DNA from: Candidatus Hodarchaeota archaeon
Lineage (GTDB): Archaea > Asgardarchaeota > Lokiarchaeia > Sigyniarchaeales > SOKP01
NCBI GenBank assembly: GCA_048886685.1
Contig: JBHLKM010000010.1
Span: forward strand, 106,106 to 170,105
Direction: 5' to 3'
DNA: 64,000 nucleotides
The position numbers and the translations under genes were made by a program. Below the pieces are notes generated by a model. That model was not told where the DNA came from. It ran no database searches and saw nothing but the letters and a program-made list of their open reading frames with translations. Below are positions 50,614 through 59,736 of this stretch, piece by piece. Position 1 is the first letter of the stretch, and each line of letters starts with the position of its first letter.

Positions 50614-52053
50614 ATGGATATTAAAATAAAATTTGGATTCTTCACTTTAGGTGTCATTTTATTTCAATCATTAATTAAACTATTTGGGGTTTTAATCACT
50701 GGAAGTTTAAGTTTCTTATCTGAAACCGCGGATACTCTTACTGACATTTTGTTTGTTTCTATAACTTTATACTCATTGCACAGTAGCCAGAAACCAGCGG
50801 ATTATGAACATATGTATGGTCATAGTAAAATAGATTCTATTTCTGGGTTGATTCAAGGAGTAATATTAATGAATATTTATGTAATTCTGATATATAATGC
50901 TATTCAGGTAATTATAACAAGTAGATTTGAAGTTTTAAATCCTGAATTTGGTTTAGTTATACTAATAATTTCATTCATCATAAACTTGGTTTTTTCAAGG
51001 ATATTAATCTCACAGGGAAAAAAACAGAAAAGTCTTACAATGGAAATACAAGGGCTTAATCTATTTCAAGATTCTATGCGAGCTATTATAGTTTTATTAA
51101 GTTTTATTTTTGCTTCTTTTAATATAATTATTCTTGACCCTATTCTTAGTATCATACTTTCTGTTTGGATTATTACTGGTGCATTTAAATTAGCCAAAGA
51201 AGGTGTCAAAGAGCTTACAGACACAAATCCAATAAGCTCAATTATTGTTGAAAAATTAAGACAAGAAATTTTTGCGCTTGAACACGTAGTGGGTGTTCAT
51301 GATATTAAAATGAGAGTTAGTGGTAAAACCCTCTTTTTAGAAATTCATTTATCTGTAGAAGATCATATTTCAATTGTCCATGCAAATGAAATAACAACTT
51401 CGATTAGAAGTATGAGCAAAAAAATATTTCCTCTATATGATGTTGAGTGTATTGTAGAAATGAATCCATTAGCAAGTGAAAAATCCATTGGAGAAGGCTT
51501 AATTAATCTTATCTATTCTATGAAATCAGAATATCCAGATATAATCAATTTTAAAGATCTCAATCTTTTTAGCATTGAGGATGAATATTTTATTTCTCTA
51601 ATTGTTGTTGTAAATGAGACTCTTTCACTTTCAAAGGCACATAAAATTAGTACCAACTTTGAAAGGGAAATAAAAAAGCAAGCACCATATTTATCCCGAG
51701 TAATTACTCATATTGAAAGTCAGATTTATAATGAATCCTTATCTCCAAATCAAATTAAATGTGCTGATGTTGGACCTGAGATGCTTAAACAGATTAATGA
51801 AGTGGTAGAGCGTGTCCTAAGAAGCCATCCGCAAGTAAGAGGGTATCATGGTCTGGAATTTTGGGCTACCTTAGATAATTGTATTTTAGAAGTTCATGTT
51901 TTTTTTGATGGATCTCTAAATATTTCAGAAACTCATAATTACATTTCAGAGTTGGAAAAGTGTATTAGAGACGAGCTAGGAATAGATAATTTAGACTCAA
52001 TTATTCTCCACTCAGAGCCGTTAGAAGGACGAACAAATGGAAATATTTTTTGA
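50614..52053 (+). CDS. Cation diffusion facilitator transporter with three C-terminal ZT-dimer domains
   Basis: KPADYEHMYGH, DP, then three repeats of the H..H/ H.E(P/S) dimerisation module. Confidence 0.9.
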   Translation: MDIKIKFGFFTLGVILFQSLIKLFGVLITGSLSFLSETADTLTDILFVSITLYSLHSSQKPADYEHMYGHSKIDSISGLIQGVILMNIYVILIYNAIQVIITSRFEVLNPEFGLVILIISFIINLVFSRILISQGKKQKSLTMEIQGLNLFQDSMRAIIVLLSFIFASFNIIILDPILSIILSVWIITGAFKLAKEGVKELTDTNPISSIIVEKLRQEIFALEHVVGVHDIKMRVSGKTLFLEIHLSVEDHISIVHANEITTSIRSMSKKIFPLYDVECIVEMNPLASEKSIGEGLINLIYSMKSEYPDIINFKDLNLFSIEDEYFISLIVVVNETLSLSKAHKISTNFEREIKKQAPYLSRVITHIESQIYNESLSPNQIKCADVGPEMLKQINEVVERVLRSHPQVRGYHGLEFWATLDNCILEVHVFFDGSLNISETHNYISELEKCIRDELGIDNLDSIILHSEPLEGRTNGNIF

Positions 52054-52068
52054 AGTAATTTAAAATAG

Positions 52069-53172
52069 TTAAAACGAAAATCTATATTTATCTAATCCAA
52101 GTTCTTTCTGCATAATTTTAATATCTTTTTGAAGACTTTTATTTATTGGAATACCATTTTCTCTTCTTTCAATCTCAGCATCATACTCTTTTTCTCCGGC
52201 TGTATAAATTCTTTCTTGTCCAGGTTCTTTAGGAGAATTCCTAAGGTCTCTCATAATATCCCCAGCAGTTATTTTAAATGAATCAATGCCAATAAAGCTT
52301 TCTAGATTAATTGCTAAAAAGAAGTGACCAACTTTCAGTCTCTTTTTTCCTCCTTCTTCAACACCAAGAGTATCTCTTAAGTATATACCATTTTGAAGGG
52401 CAGCAGATAGTAATTCAACAACAGTAGCATATCCATAACCCTTATATCCCGCTGTATCTTCACCTCTTCCTCCTAACGGTAATAAGGCTGCTTTTCTCTC
52501 GAGCATTTGTTCTAATACTGTATTTGGATCTGTCATGAACTCCCCTTGATCATCAATGACTGTATTTTTTGGGAGTGGTTTGTTGGTTCGGCCATAAAGT
52601 TCTACTTTTCCTCGCTGTATAATAGATGTAGCACAATCTATCAAAAATGGAAATTTTTCATCCGTAGGTGCTCCAATAGTCAAAGGATTAGTACCTAACA
52701 TAGGTTCTACTCCAAATGTAGGTGGTATCGAAGGCCTTGCATTAGTAACCGCCATTCCAATCATACCCTCCTTAATTGCCATTAAGCTGTAAAATCCAGC
52801 TATTCCAAAATGCGTAGAATTTCTTACCGCTACTGCCCCTAATCCATATTCTTTTGCTTTTTCAATTGCCATTGTCATTGCCTTATATGCAATAACATGC
52901 CCCATTCCGCAATTACCATCTAAAAGTGCCGTAGTTGGACCTTCCTTAATGATATCTATTTTTGTATTTACTTCATAAATACCAGCTTTAATCCTATCAT
53001 AATACATTTTACATCTTTGAAACCCGTGCGAATCAATTCCCCTCAAATCAGAAGTAATAAGAACTTCCGCAATAATGTTAGCATCTTCTTCTGGTACACC
53101 AAGCCCTATGAATACATCCTTCATAAAATTTTCCAGAGTTTCTAGATCAATATAAACAATCTTTTCTGACAT
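52069..53172 (-). CDS. Ldh2/ComC family (malate/L-sulfolactate-type) oxidoreductase
   Basis: DLRGIDSHG, RNSTHFG, GTNP, GYKGYG, GHFF, GEKE. Confidence 0.92.
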   Translation of the reverse strand: MSEKIVYIDLETLENFMKDVFIGLGVPEEDANIIAEVLITSDLRGIDSHGFQRCKMYYDRIKAGIYEVNTKIDIIKEGPTTALLDGNCGMGHVIAYKAMTMAIEKAKEYGLGAVAVRNSTHFGIAGFYSLMAIKEGMIGMAVTNARPSIPPTFGVEPMLGTNPLTIGAPTDEKFPFLIDCATSIIQRGKVELYGRTNKPLPKNTVIDDQGEFMTDPNTVLEQMLERKAALLPLGGRGEDTAGYKGYGYATVVELLSAALQNGIYLRDTLGVEEGGKKRLKVGHFFLAINLESFIGIDSFKITAGDIMRDLRNSPKEPGQERIYTAGEKEYDAEIERRENGIPINKSLQKDIKIMQKELGLDKYRFSF

Positions 53173-53432
53173 TTTAAACACTATAAATATGTGAATAAAT
53201 ATTGGATAAGTAATTACATATTAAACAATGATATTATTAAAATTTTGAGATTAAAATATTACCTATGTTTTTCAATTAATAATTTAGTTTTCAGAAATTG
53301 TATCTTTCTTATAAAGGTATATGTTCCAGATATTATTTGCGTATATATATCACTATTAACCAATAGAAATATGATATTGTTGAGTCTTTAAAGTTAATTT
53401 ATTCTCAATAAAAACAATTGCAAAATCGAGTC

Positions 53433-54290
53433 ATGACGCAAAAAGAGAAGTTAAATTGTCCCGTATGTAATAATAAATTCATTCCAAGAACATTTTATCC
53501 TGAAGAAGCCAGTTTTTCGACTTCAGATGGTAAAAAATTATCTGGGTTTAATGGGTATATAAGTTCAAGTGGAGTAAAACCACCAGAAGTGATTTTGAGC
53601 TCTTGGATTACTTACTGCCCCAGTTGTAATTATGTGTTAAAGTTTGTAAAAGAAATTGTGAAGAAAGAGAAGATTCAGTCGCAGAATGTGTTAGCTAAAG
53701 ACATTAAAGAAAAATATAATAATTATTATTTTGGATTCCCATTTGAAGATTACTCACAATATTTACAAAACGTTGCGGATAAAGTTAATGCTTCTATTGA
53801 GACTTCAATAGATAACTTAAACTTGAGTGCCTTTGAAAATATGCACGATATAAAAGACACTTTCAAGCTTTTAGTACGTTTTTATGCCAATTTAGAAAAT
53901 TACTGCAATTCTCAATTTTCTGGAGAAGATGATAAGGATTTGGAAGAAAAAATTAAATTATTAGAGTTATCAACAGATTTAGAAGATATACTATTAGAAT
54001 TAAATAAAATTAGGAATAAAGCAATCCATAGCGATTATGAGTTATCTAGCGAAGATAAGGTAAAAGTACATAGAGCTGTAACTGGATTCATGTTGAATCG
54101 AATTGAAAAACATATTAAACCCTTAATTAACGGCAAGAAACTAAAAAATAAATATAATTACGTGGATATACGAGATCTTAATTCTGAAATAAAGATGTAT
54201 TTGAATGGGTACTTTAGTAGGATATTTAATAATGGTCGGGCTACTGATGACCAAATTAAGACCTTTTTGGACCAATTTCTCGTAAATTAA
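53433..54290 (+). CDS. Hypothetical Zn-ribbon protein with C-terminal HEPN/DUF4145-like helical domain
   Basis: CPVC...CPSC; LNKIRNKAIH (R-x4-H). Confidence 0.55.
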   Translation: MTQKEKLNCPVCNNKFIPRTFYPEEASFSTSDGKKLSGFNGYISSSGVKPPEVILSSWITYCPSCNYVLKFVKEIVKKEKIQSQNVLAKDIKEKYNNYYFGFPFEDYSQYLQNVADKVNASIETSIDNLNLSAFENMHDIKDTFKLLVRFYANLENYCNSQFSGEDDKDLEEKIKLLELSTDLEDILLELNKIRNKAIHSDYELSSEDKVKVHRAVTGFMLNRIEKHIKPLINGKKLKNKYNYVDIRDLNSEIKMYLNGYFSRIFNNGRATDDQIKTFLDQFLVN

Positions 54291-54635
54291 ATCTATAATT
54301 TCGCTTTAAATTATTTTTATTTTAGGTTTCACCAGGTCTGGAATTCTGGTGTTATCACCATGCTATATGTATTTTTGAGATTCTTTTTCATATGTTTAAT
54401 TTATGATTTTAAATGATCTAAAAGCTAAAGTTGATGGAAGATTTTCCAAAGAAATTGTAGTTGAAGATGATGGTGAAGACTTAGTATATGTTTTTCCTGA
54501 TACAAAAGAATTTATTTCAATCTTAAGAAGAAAAATACACAAAGATGTGGCTTCGAAATAGGTATAGTTGTTGCTATAATTGAATAATACTAGTCATGGC
54601 AATATATTTTTATTATTACGTTCATTTTATATTAT

Positions 54636-54937
54636 GAGCCGTTTGGGGTGGCTTGAACTCCTAATACTGGACGGACCGCAAAATCCTCATAGCGGGAATT
54701 GCCCGTATCAAGGTTTCATGAGTATTATTAGCCAACGTTATGTTCTCGTCGAAGCGCTCCCTATAATGGTAGGTATCAGGGTGGTACCTTTTGAAGGAAA
54801 GGTATATGCCCGTAATTAGGAAACTGGCAAGGCCAGGGATGGAGCAGCCATAACTATAGGTATTTACGCTTTATAGTAAGGGTGTGGAGAGACGTAGCAT
54901 TTGGTCTTAATAATAGAATTGAAGTCGAGATTCGGGT
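54636..54937 (+). ncRNA. ffs: Signal recognition particle (7S) RNA
   Basis: About 300 nt, GC-rich; helix 8 TGGC-AAGG-CCA-GGGA-TGG-AGCA-GCCA (54825-54850); helix 6 with GAAG loop (54779-54811); long helix 5; 5' Alu-like hairpins; followed by a T run. Confidence 0.93.
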
Positions 54938-54940
54938 TTT

Positions 54941-55381
54941 TTATTCTTTAACACTTAATAAATACTGACAATTTTTTTTATTAGATTTAAGAATACAATC
55001 CATTAACTCCGTTGTATATTTTGTATCGGGATCTAGAGATCTCAATATTGCTTTAGTGTATGGTTTACATATTGAATTTCTAATGATATCTGCTCGATCA
55101 GGATTGTATTTTCCACCAATAGGACAAAAATTTGAGCGAAATTTAATCATTATTTCGCGGGTATTCTTATCTATGGAAGTAATTTTAGTTTTAGCATTTA
55201 ATGCTGAATATATTTTCTTTAATCTTTCTTCTAAACTAAGAGTTTCCCTTTCCTTTAATATTTTACCCAATTTTGCGCCAAGACTAGCGGATATGGATTT
55301 TGGAAGGTTTATTCCTCCTACATCAATCATTTCATTGATATATGCTTGAAAAAACTTTAAAGCATCTCTATTTTTAGACAT
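54941..55381 (-). CDS. V4R/methanogen-output-domain-like protein (paralog 1)
   Basis: FCPIGG, IC.PYT, CI......C.Y; clear paralog of the neighbouring gene. Confidence 0.65.
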   Translation of the reverse strand: MSKNRDALKFFQAYINEMIDVGGINLPKSISASLGAKLGKILKERETLSLEERLKKIYSALNAKTKITSIDKNTREIMIKFRSNFCPIGGKYNPDRADIIRNSICKPYTKAILRSLDPDTKYTTELMDCILKSNKKNCQYLLSVKE

Positions 55382-55525
55382 AATTTCAGAATCCTTGCTA
55401 ACAGTAAAAATGAGAATATCTTACATAAATCTCGATTTTAAAATATTTAAGATTTTATCTAGAAAATATTTATTTGATAATATAGTAAAAATCTATATTA
55501 TCTGGATTTAATAGAAATAGAAAGC

Positions 55526-55978
55526 TCAAAGAGCTTTTTCTCTATTTTCTATTGTTAATATATAATGACACGTTCGACGGTTGTTTAGAGGAATACAGTT
55601 TATGATATCAGCTTCAAATTTGTATTCTGGAAAAAGCTCATTCAAAAAACCCCTTGTATACGGTATACATATATTTTCTTGAAACAGTGTTGCGCGTAAA
55701 GAGTTATTGGAACCCCCAATGGGGCAAAATTTCTTTGGATATTTGATAATTACATTATATGTATTATCATTTAGTTTTTTTATTAGTGGTTTGGCATTTA
55801 ACACTGCGTAAATTTGTTGTAACGCATCTTCTATTTTCAATGGCATTCCTTTACTTTTATATAACTTACCTAACTTTGCTCCAGATTTAGATGATATTGC
55901 CTTTGGTAAATTATTCCCACCTATATCAATCATTTCTTTTACATAAGCCTGAAAGAATTTCAAGGCATCTCTTACGAT
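55526..55978 (-). CDS. V4R/methanogen-output-domain-like protein (paralog 2); start probably ATC 55978 or TTG 55963
   Basis: Same Cys pattern; similarity to paralog 1 (RDALKFFQAY) extends upstream of the tracked TTG. Confidence 0.65.
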   Translation of the reverse strand: MVRDALKFFQAYVKEMIDIGGNNLPKAISSKSGAKLGKLYKSKGMPLKIEDALQQIYAVLNAKPLIKKLNDNTYNVIIKYPKKFCPIGGSNNSLRATLFQENICIPYTRGFLNELFPEYKFEADIINCIPLNNRRTCHYILTIENREKAL

Positions 55979-56126
55979 AAAATCACCTTTTAGACATTTT
56001 TAACCCAATTAAACTAAACCGACAACCAATAACCCTATTCCAAAGTATATTTGGTAAATTTAGATATTTAAATTTAACCATTAATGTCGGTTTCTCCTAT
56101 GAAAATGTAGAAAATGAGTATTAATT

Positions 56127-56732
56127 TTATTTATTTTTATTAATTAGGGTGTATCTTAATAATAGATCTTTGTCTTCTTCTGCGTAATCTATACCGATTC
56201 TTTTACTTTTTATTATATTATTTCGATCAATCTTTTCACCTTGAGCAAAAAACAGTCTTGAATCAATAGAGCAAGAGTCATTTCCATTAAATTCTTCTTT
56301 TGTTATATTAAATGCCATACACAGTTTTCCAGGACCATCGATCAAATTTTTGTAGTTTTTACCTATATTCACTTTTCTATTATCAATCATTAACTCAATG
56401 CCTTCAATAGGGTATAATTTTCTTATTAAAACTGCGCATGGCTTCTCTTCTGACTCAGTTATTACATTTAGACAATAGTACATGCCATATATGAAGTAAA
56501 CATAAAGAGTACCAGGTTTACCATACATAATTTTTGTCCTTTCAGTCTTTTTGTAATTATAAGAATGACTGGCCTTATCATTTGGACCAAGGTAAGCTTC
56601 AACTTCGATAATTTTTCCAACTATCTTATTTTCCTCTGTTTCTCTTACTAAACATTTCCCTAATAGATCTCTCGCAACTATTTCAGTTTTTCTATTGAAG
56701 AATTCTCTATTTAATCTTTTAAAACTAGTCAA
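56127..56732 (-). CDS. mpg: DNA-3-methyladenine glycosylase (MPG/AAG family)
   Basis: VARDLLG, IIEVEAY, YVYFIYGMY.CLN, AVLIR, GPGKL, RIGI. Confidence 0.95.
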   Translation of the reverse strand: MTSFKRLNREFFNRKTEIVARDLLGKCLVRETEENKIVGKIIEVEAYLGPNDKASHSYNYKKTERTKIMYGKPGTLYVYFIYGMYYCLNVITESEEKPCAVLIRKLYPIEGIELMIDNRKVNIGKNYKNLIDGPGKLCMAFNITKEEFNGNDSCSIDSRLFFAQGEKIDRNNIIKSKRIGIDYAEEDKDLLLRYTLINKNK

Positions 56733-56823
56733 AAAGCTATATCTACTTTTAAAGGAATTATTTATTTAAGAAGAATAATGTTAATCTTATATTAATTGTA
56801 ATCATTCTAAATATCAGGGGATT

Positions 56824-57909
56824 ATGAAAGCTCCGGAAAGAGTGTTGAAAGCAGTGAACCACGAAGAACCTGATCGTGTTCCTGCATTTGAGAGTGCTTT
56901 TACGAATAACACAATTATGAGACATTATGGAATTGATCCAAGAGGAGCAGGGGGATACAAATCATCTTATGAATTTTTTAGGAAAGTAGGGATCGATTTG
57001 GTTTTGAGCTTTGTAAGTTTATTTCCTCGAAAATTTCTTAAAAAAGATGAAGGATTCATTGATGAATATGGAAGACATATGAAATTTGAGCTATATAAAG
57101 ATGGCACTCAAATATTAGCCTATCATGGAGGTTATTTTAAAAATTTTGAAGATTATGAAAGCTGGGAACAACCAGATCCGCATTTAAGCACACGTTTAGT
57201 CCAATTTAAAAGTGGACGAAAAGTTCAAAAAGAAATGAATGATGAGGTTTTTTCTATTCCAGCAACGGGTTCTTTAATGGAATGTACTTGGGAAGGATTT
57301 GGAATAGAAGGTTTTTCGAGAATTTTAAGAAGACATATACAAATAAAAAGAGTTTTTGATGATCGAGGTAAATTCACTCTGGAGCTAGTGAAAATTTTGG
57401 CCGAAAATAATGCTCAGATGGTATTGTTATGGGATGATTATGGATTTAAAAACGGGTTATTCATGCGACCTAGTTTATACCAAAAATACGTATTTCCTTG
57501 GTTAAGACAAATATGTGACGCAGCACATAAAAGACATTGCAAGGTATTATTACACTCCGATGGTGATCTGACAGAAATTTTTGAAGATATAATTAATTGT
57601 GGGGTTGACGCAATTAATCCTATCGAATCAACAACTGCTAATCCTGAATACGATATTTTTAAGTTAAACGAGAAATATGGTGAAAAAATTACTTTTGCTG
57701 GGAATTTAAGTCCAATCGTGCTAGCAATAGGAGAAATTTTTGAGATTGAGGAATATGCGAAGCGATTGATTCGAGAATTGGCACCAGGTGGGGGCTATAT
57801 TTTTGGCTCAGGTCATAGCATTAATCCCGCTGTGACTATAGATCGGTTTGAAGCAATGCAAAATATCAGAAGAAAGTATGGAAAATACCCTATTAAGGTC
57901 CCAGATTAA
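56824..57909 (+). CDS. Uroporphyrinogen decarboxylase / MtaA-CmuA family protein
   Basis: ERV..A.NH.EPDRVP, DDYG, HSDG, GN, GGYIFGSGHSI. Confidence 0.88.
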   Translation: MKAPERVLKAVNHEEPDRVPAFESAFTNNTIMRHYGIDPRGAGGYKSSYEFFRKVGIDLVLSFVSLFPRKFLKKDEGFIDEYGRHMKFELYKDGTQILAYHGGYFKNFEDYESWEQPDPHLSTRLVQFKSGRKVQKEMNDEVFSIPATGSLMECTWEGFGIEGFSRILRRHIQIKRVFDDRGKFTLELVKILAENNAQMVLLWDDYGFKNGLFMRPSLYQKYVFPWLRQICDAAHKRHCKVLLHSDGDLTEIFEDIINCGVDAINPIESTTANPEYDIFKLNEKYGEKITFAGNLSPIVLAIGEIFEIEEYAKRLIRELAPGGGYIFGSGHSINPAVTIDRFEAMQNIRRKYGKYPIKVPD

Positions 57910-57918
57910 GAATATAAA

Positions 57919-58749
57919 TCAAGGCTCACTTAAAATTAATTGATTTTTAAGAAATGATTCTAACTCAAGATTGCATGCTATAAATGGGAACCTACCATCA
58001 ATTGATAAGTGATGATCAATTTCAACTCCATCTAAAGAAAAAACTCGACCACCAGCTTCCTTTAGTATTAAAAATCCTGCTGCTACATCTACTAATCTGT
58101 TACTATTCCTCAAATTGATGAAAGCTTCCATACTTCCCCTCGCTATTTGACATAATGTCAAGGCACTGCTTCCCAATATTCTAATCCGATAAAATCTCCT
58201 TATTAATGGGCTTAATTTTTGTAAATTCTTCATTAGATTTCTCATTGGAAGATTTAATTCAAAAAAGCATTTTTGAGAAATATCCAAATCTGATACATGA
58301 ATTTTAGAGTTGTTAAGAAAAGCTCCCTTTCCCTTCTCTGCCCAATAAATATCTTTTGTATTTAAATTAAGTACTACCGCTTTACTAATGTCATTCATTC
58401 GAGTTCCAACGGCATAAGCAATTGAAACAGAACTGTACGGTACACCCCTAACAGCATTATTAGATCCATCCAATGGATCTATTATTAGCTTAATTTGGTT
58501 TTTTTTAGCTTTTTCCTCGTCACCAATATATTTTTCTCCAATTTCTTCGCTAATCAATAATAAATCAACATTTTTTTTTTCCAATAATTCAATGATGGTA
58601 TTTTCTGCAACAATGTCAATATGCATGGTCATATCTCCTCCCGCACCTTTCTTAGATTTTTTAGCGGCTTCTCTTGTGCCTATAAGAGGATTTACGAAAT
58701 CATATACATTAAGAGCAATTTGCTGTAAAAAAGTAATACTTAGTTCTAT
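57919..58749 (-). CDS. Inositol monophosphatase / FBPase family protein; start extended to ATA 58749
   Basis: SEE, IDPLDGS.N, RILGS, DVAAG; the frame upstream of the tracked ATG encodes the expected N-terminal helix and GAGGD-T-ID..AE motif. Confidence 0.9.
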   Translation of the reverse strand: MELSITFLQQIALNVYDFVNPLIGTREAAKKSKKGAGGDMTMHIDIVAENTIIELLEKKNVDLLLISEEIGEKYIGDEEKAKKNQIKLIIDPLDGSNNAVRGVPYSSVSIAYAVGTRMNDISKAVVLNLNTKDIYWAEKGKGAFLNNSKIHVSDLDISQKCFFELNLPMRNLMKNLQKLSPLIRRFYRIRILGSSALTLCQIARGSMEAFINLRNSNRLVDVAAGFLILKEAGGRVFSLDGVEIDHHLSIDGRFPFIACNLELESFLKNQLILSEP

Positions 58750-58841
58750 AATAGATCAACTTTTTTAAATGATTAGATAAAGAAAGAAGAAGAAGGTATT
58801 ATTTTTTATTATTTTTAATGATGTTTATTTCTATTTCTTCA

Positions 58842-59561
58842 TTACTTTAAGATTTTATGCTTCTCAATTATCCATTTATCGACAGTAAATTTTTGTAAAT
58901 CTTTACTCTTCACATCATACTCATTATGGATGGTACTTTTAGGTATCCAGAATTCTTCATCTGATTCTAATGTAATGAGTAACGCTTTAGGACTTTCAAC
59001 CTTGATCCTTGCTTTTATATCAACTCTATCAATGGAGGTGCCATATTCAGTCGTTTCTACAATATGTAGTCCATCTCTAGCTGTAATATGTTCTGCGAAA
59101 ACACTATATTCTGCTTCTTCATCAACAAATTCTTCCTTCTCTCTTGACTCAAAGGTACCACTAGTGGCAAACTCTATTTTCTCGTTCAGTATATGCTCAA
59201 GCATTAAGGTAAGGAAATTTAAATTCGGGAATCGAATTTTCTTCTCGTAATCTCCAATTTTTATCCTTAATACCTGACGACTCTCATCTTCCCAGCCTAC
59301 ATATATCTCTGTTTTACGCTCTTTAAAAACATGATATCCTCTCCAATTTGCATTTCTTCTATGAAGAACTTCTAAGATACAGATGATTTCTTCGATTGAT
59401 AGTTTGACAGTTTTTCCTTCACCTTTACTTGTTTTTTCCCATGTACCATCATCTTTTCTATTTATACAGCTTAAAAAAATATGAGGGACCATCCTTTCAG
59501 GGCTAGTGACAATTAAACTTGATTTTTGGCCATAAAATGTTTTAATATGGAAATCTGCCAA
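58842..59561 (-). CDS. Hypothetical protein; N-terminal PC4/Whirly-like domain plus small C-terminal beta domain
   Basis: Two beta-meander+helix units (RKDDGTWEK...GKTVKLSIEEI; KKIRFPNLNFL); C-terminal ESPKALL...WIPKS...VDKW. Confidence 0.5.
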   Translation of the reverse strand: MADFHIKTFYGQKSSLIVTSPERMVPHIFLSCINRKDDGTWEKTSKGEGKTVKLSIEEIICILEVLHRRNANWRGYHVFKERKTEIYVGWEDESRQVLRIKIGDYEKKIRFPNLNFLTLMLEHILNEKIEFATSGTFESREKEEFVDEEAEYSVFAEHITARDGLHIVETTEYGTSIDRVDIKARIKVESPKALLITLESDEEFWIPKSTIHNEYDVKSKDLQKFTVDKWIIEKHKILK

Positions 59562-59736
59562 TAAAATGCACTTCTATTAAGATTTTGTTGGATAATTTAA
59601 TAAAAACATAGTAATATATTGATTTAAATCTGATTAATTAAAAATAATCCTTTTTATCAAACTTAGTAAATAAGTAAAAGTTTTATTAAATTTGATTTTA
59701 TATAACTGTAAGCAATTCTTTTAGTTGTGAATTCAA

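Noticed and set aside
53191-53391. 66-aa tracked ORF
   Set aside because: Low-complexity AT-rich divergent promoter region; I/L/N-rich translation without motifs
54580-54819. 79-aa tracked ORF
   Set aside because: Overlaps the SRP RNA; open only because of the RNA's higher GC content
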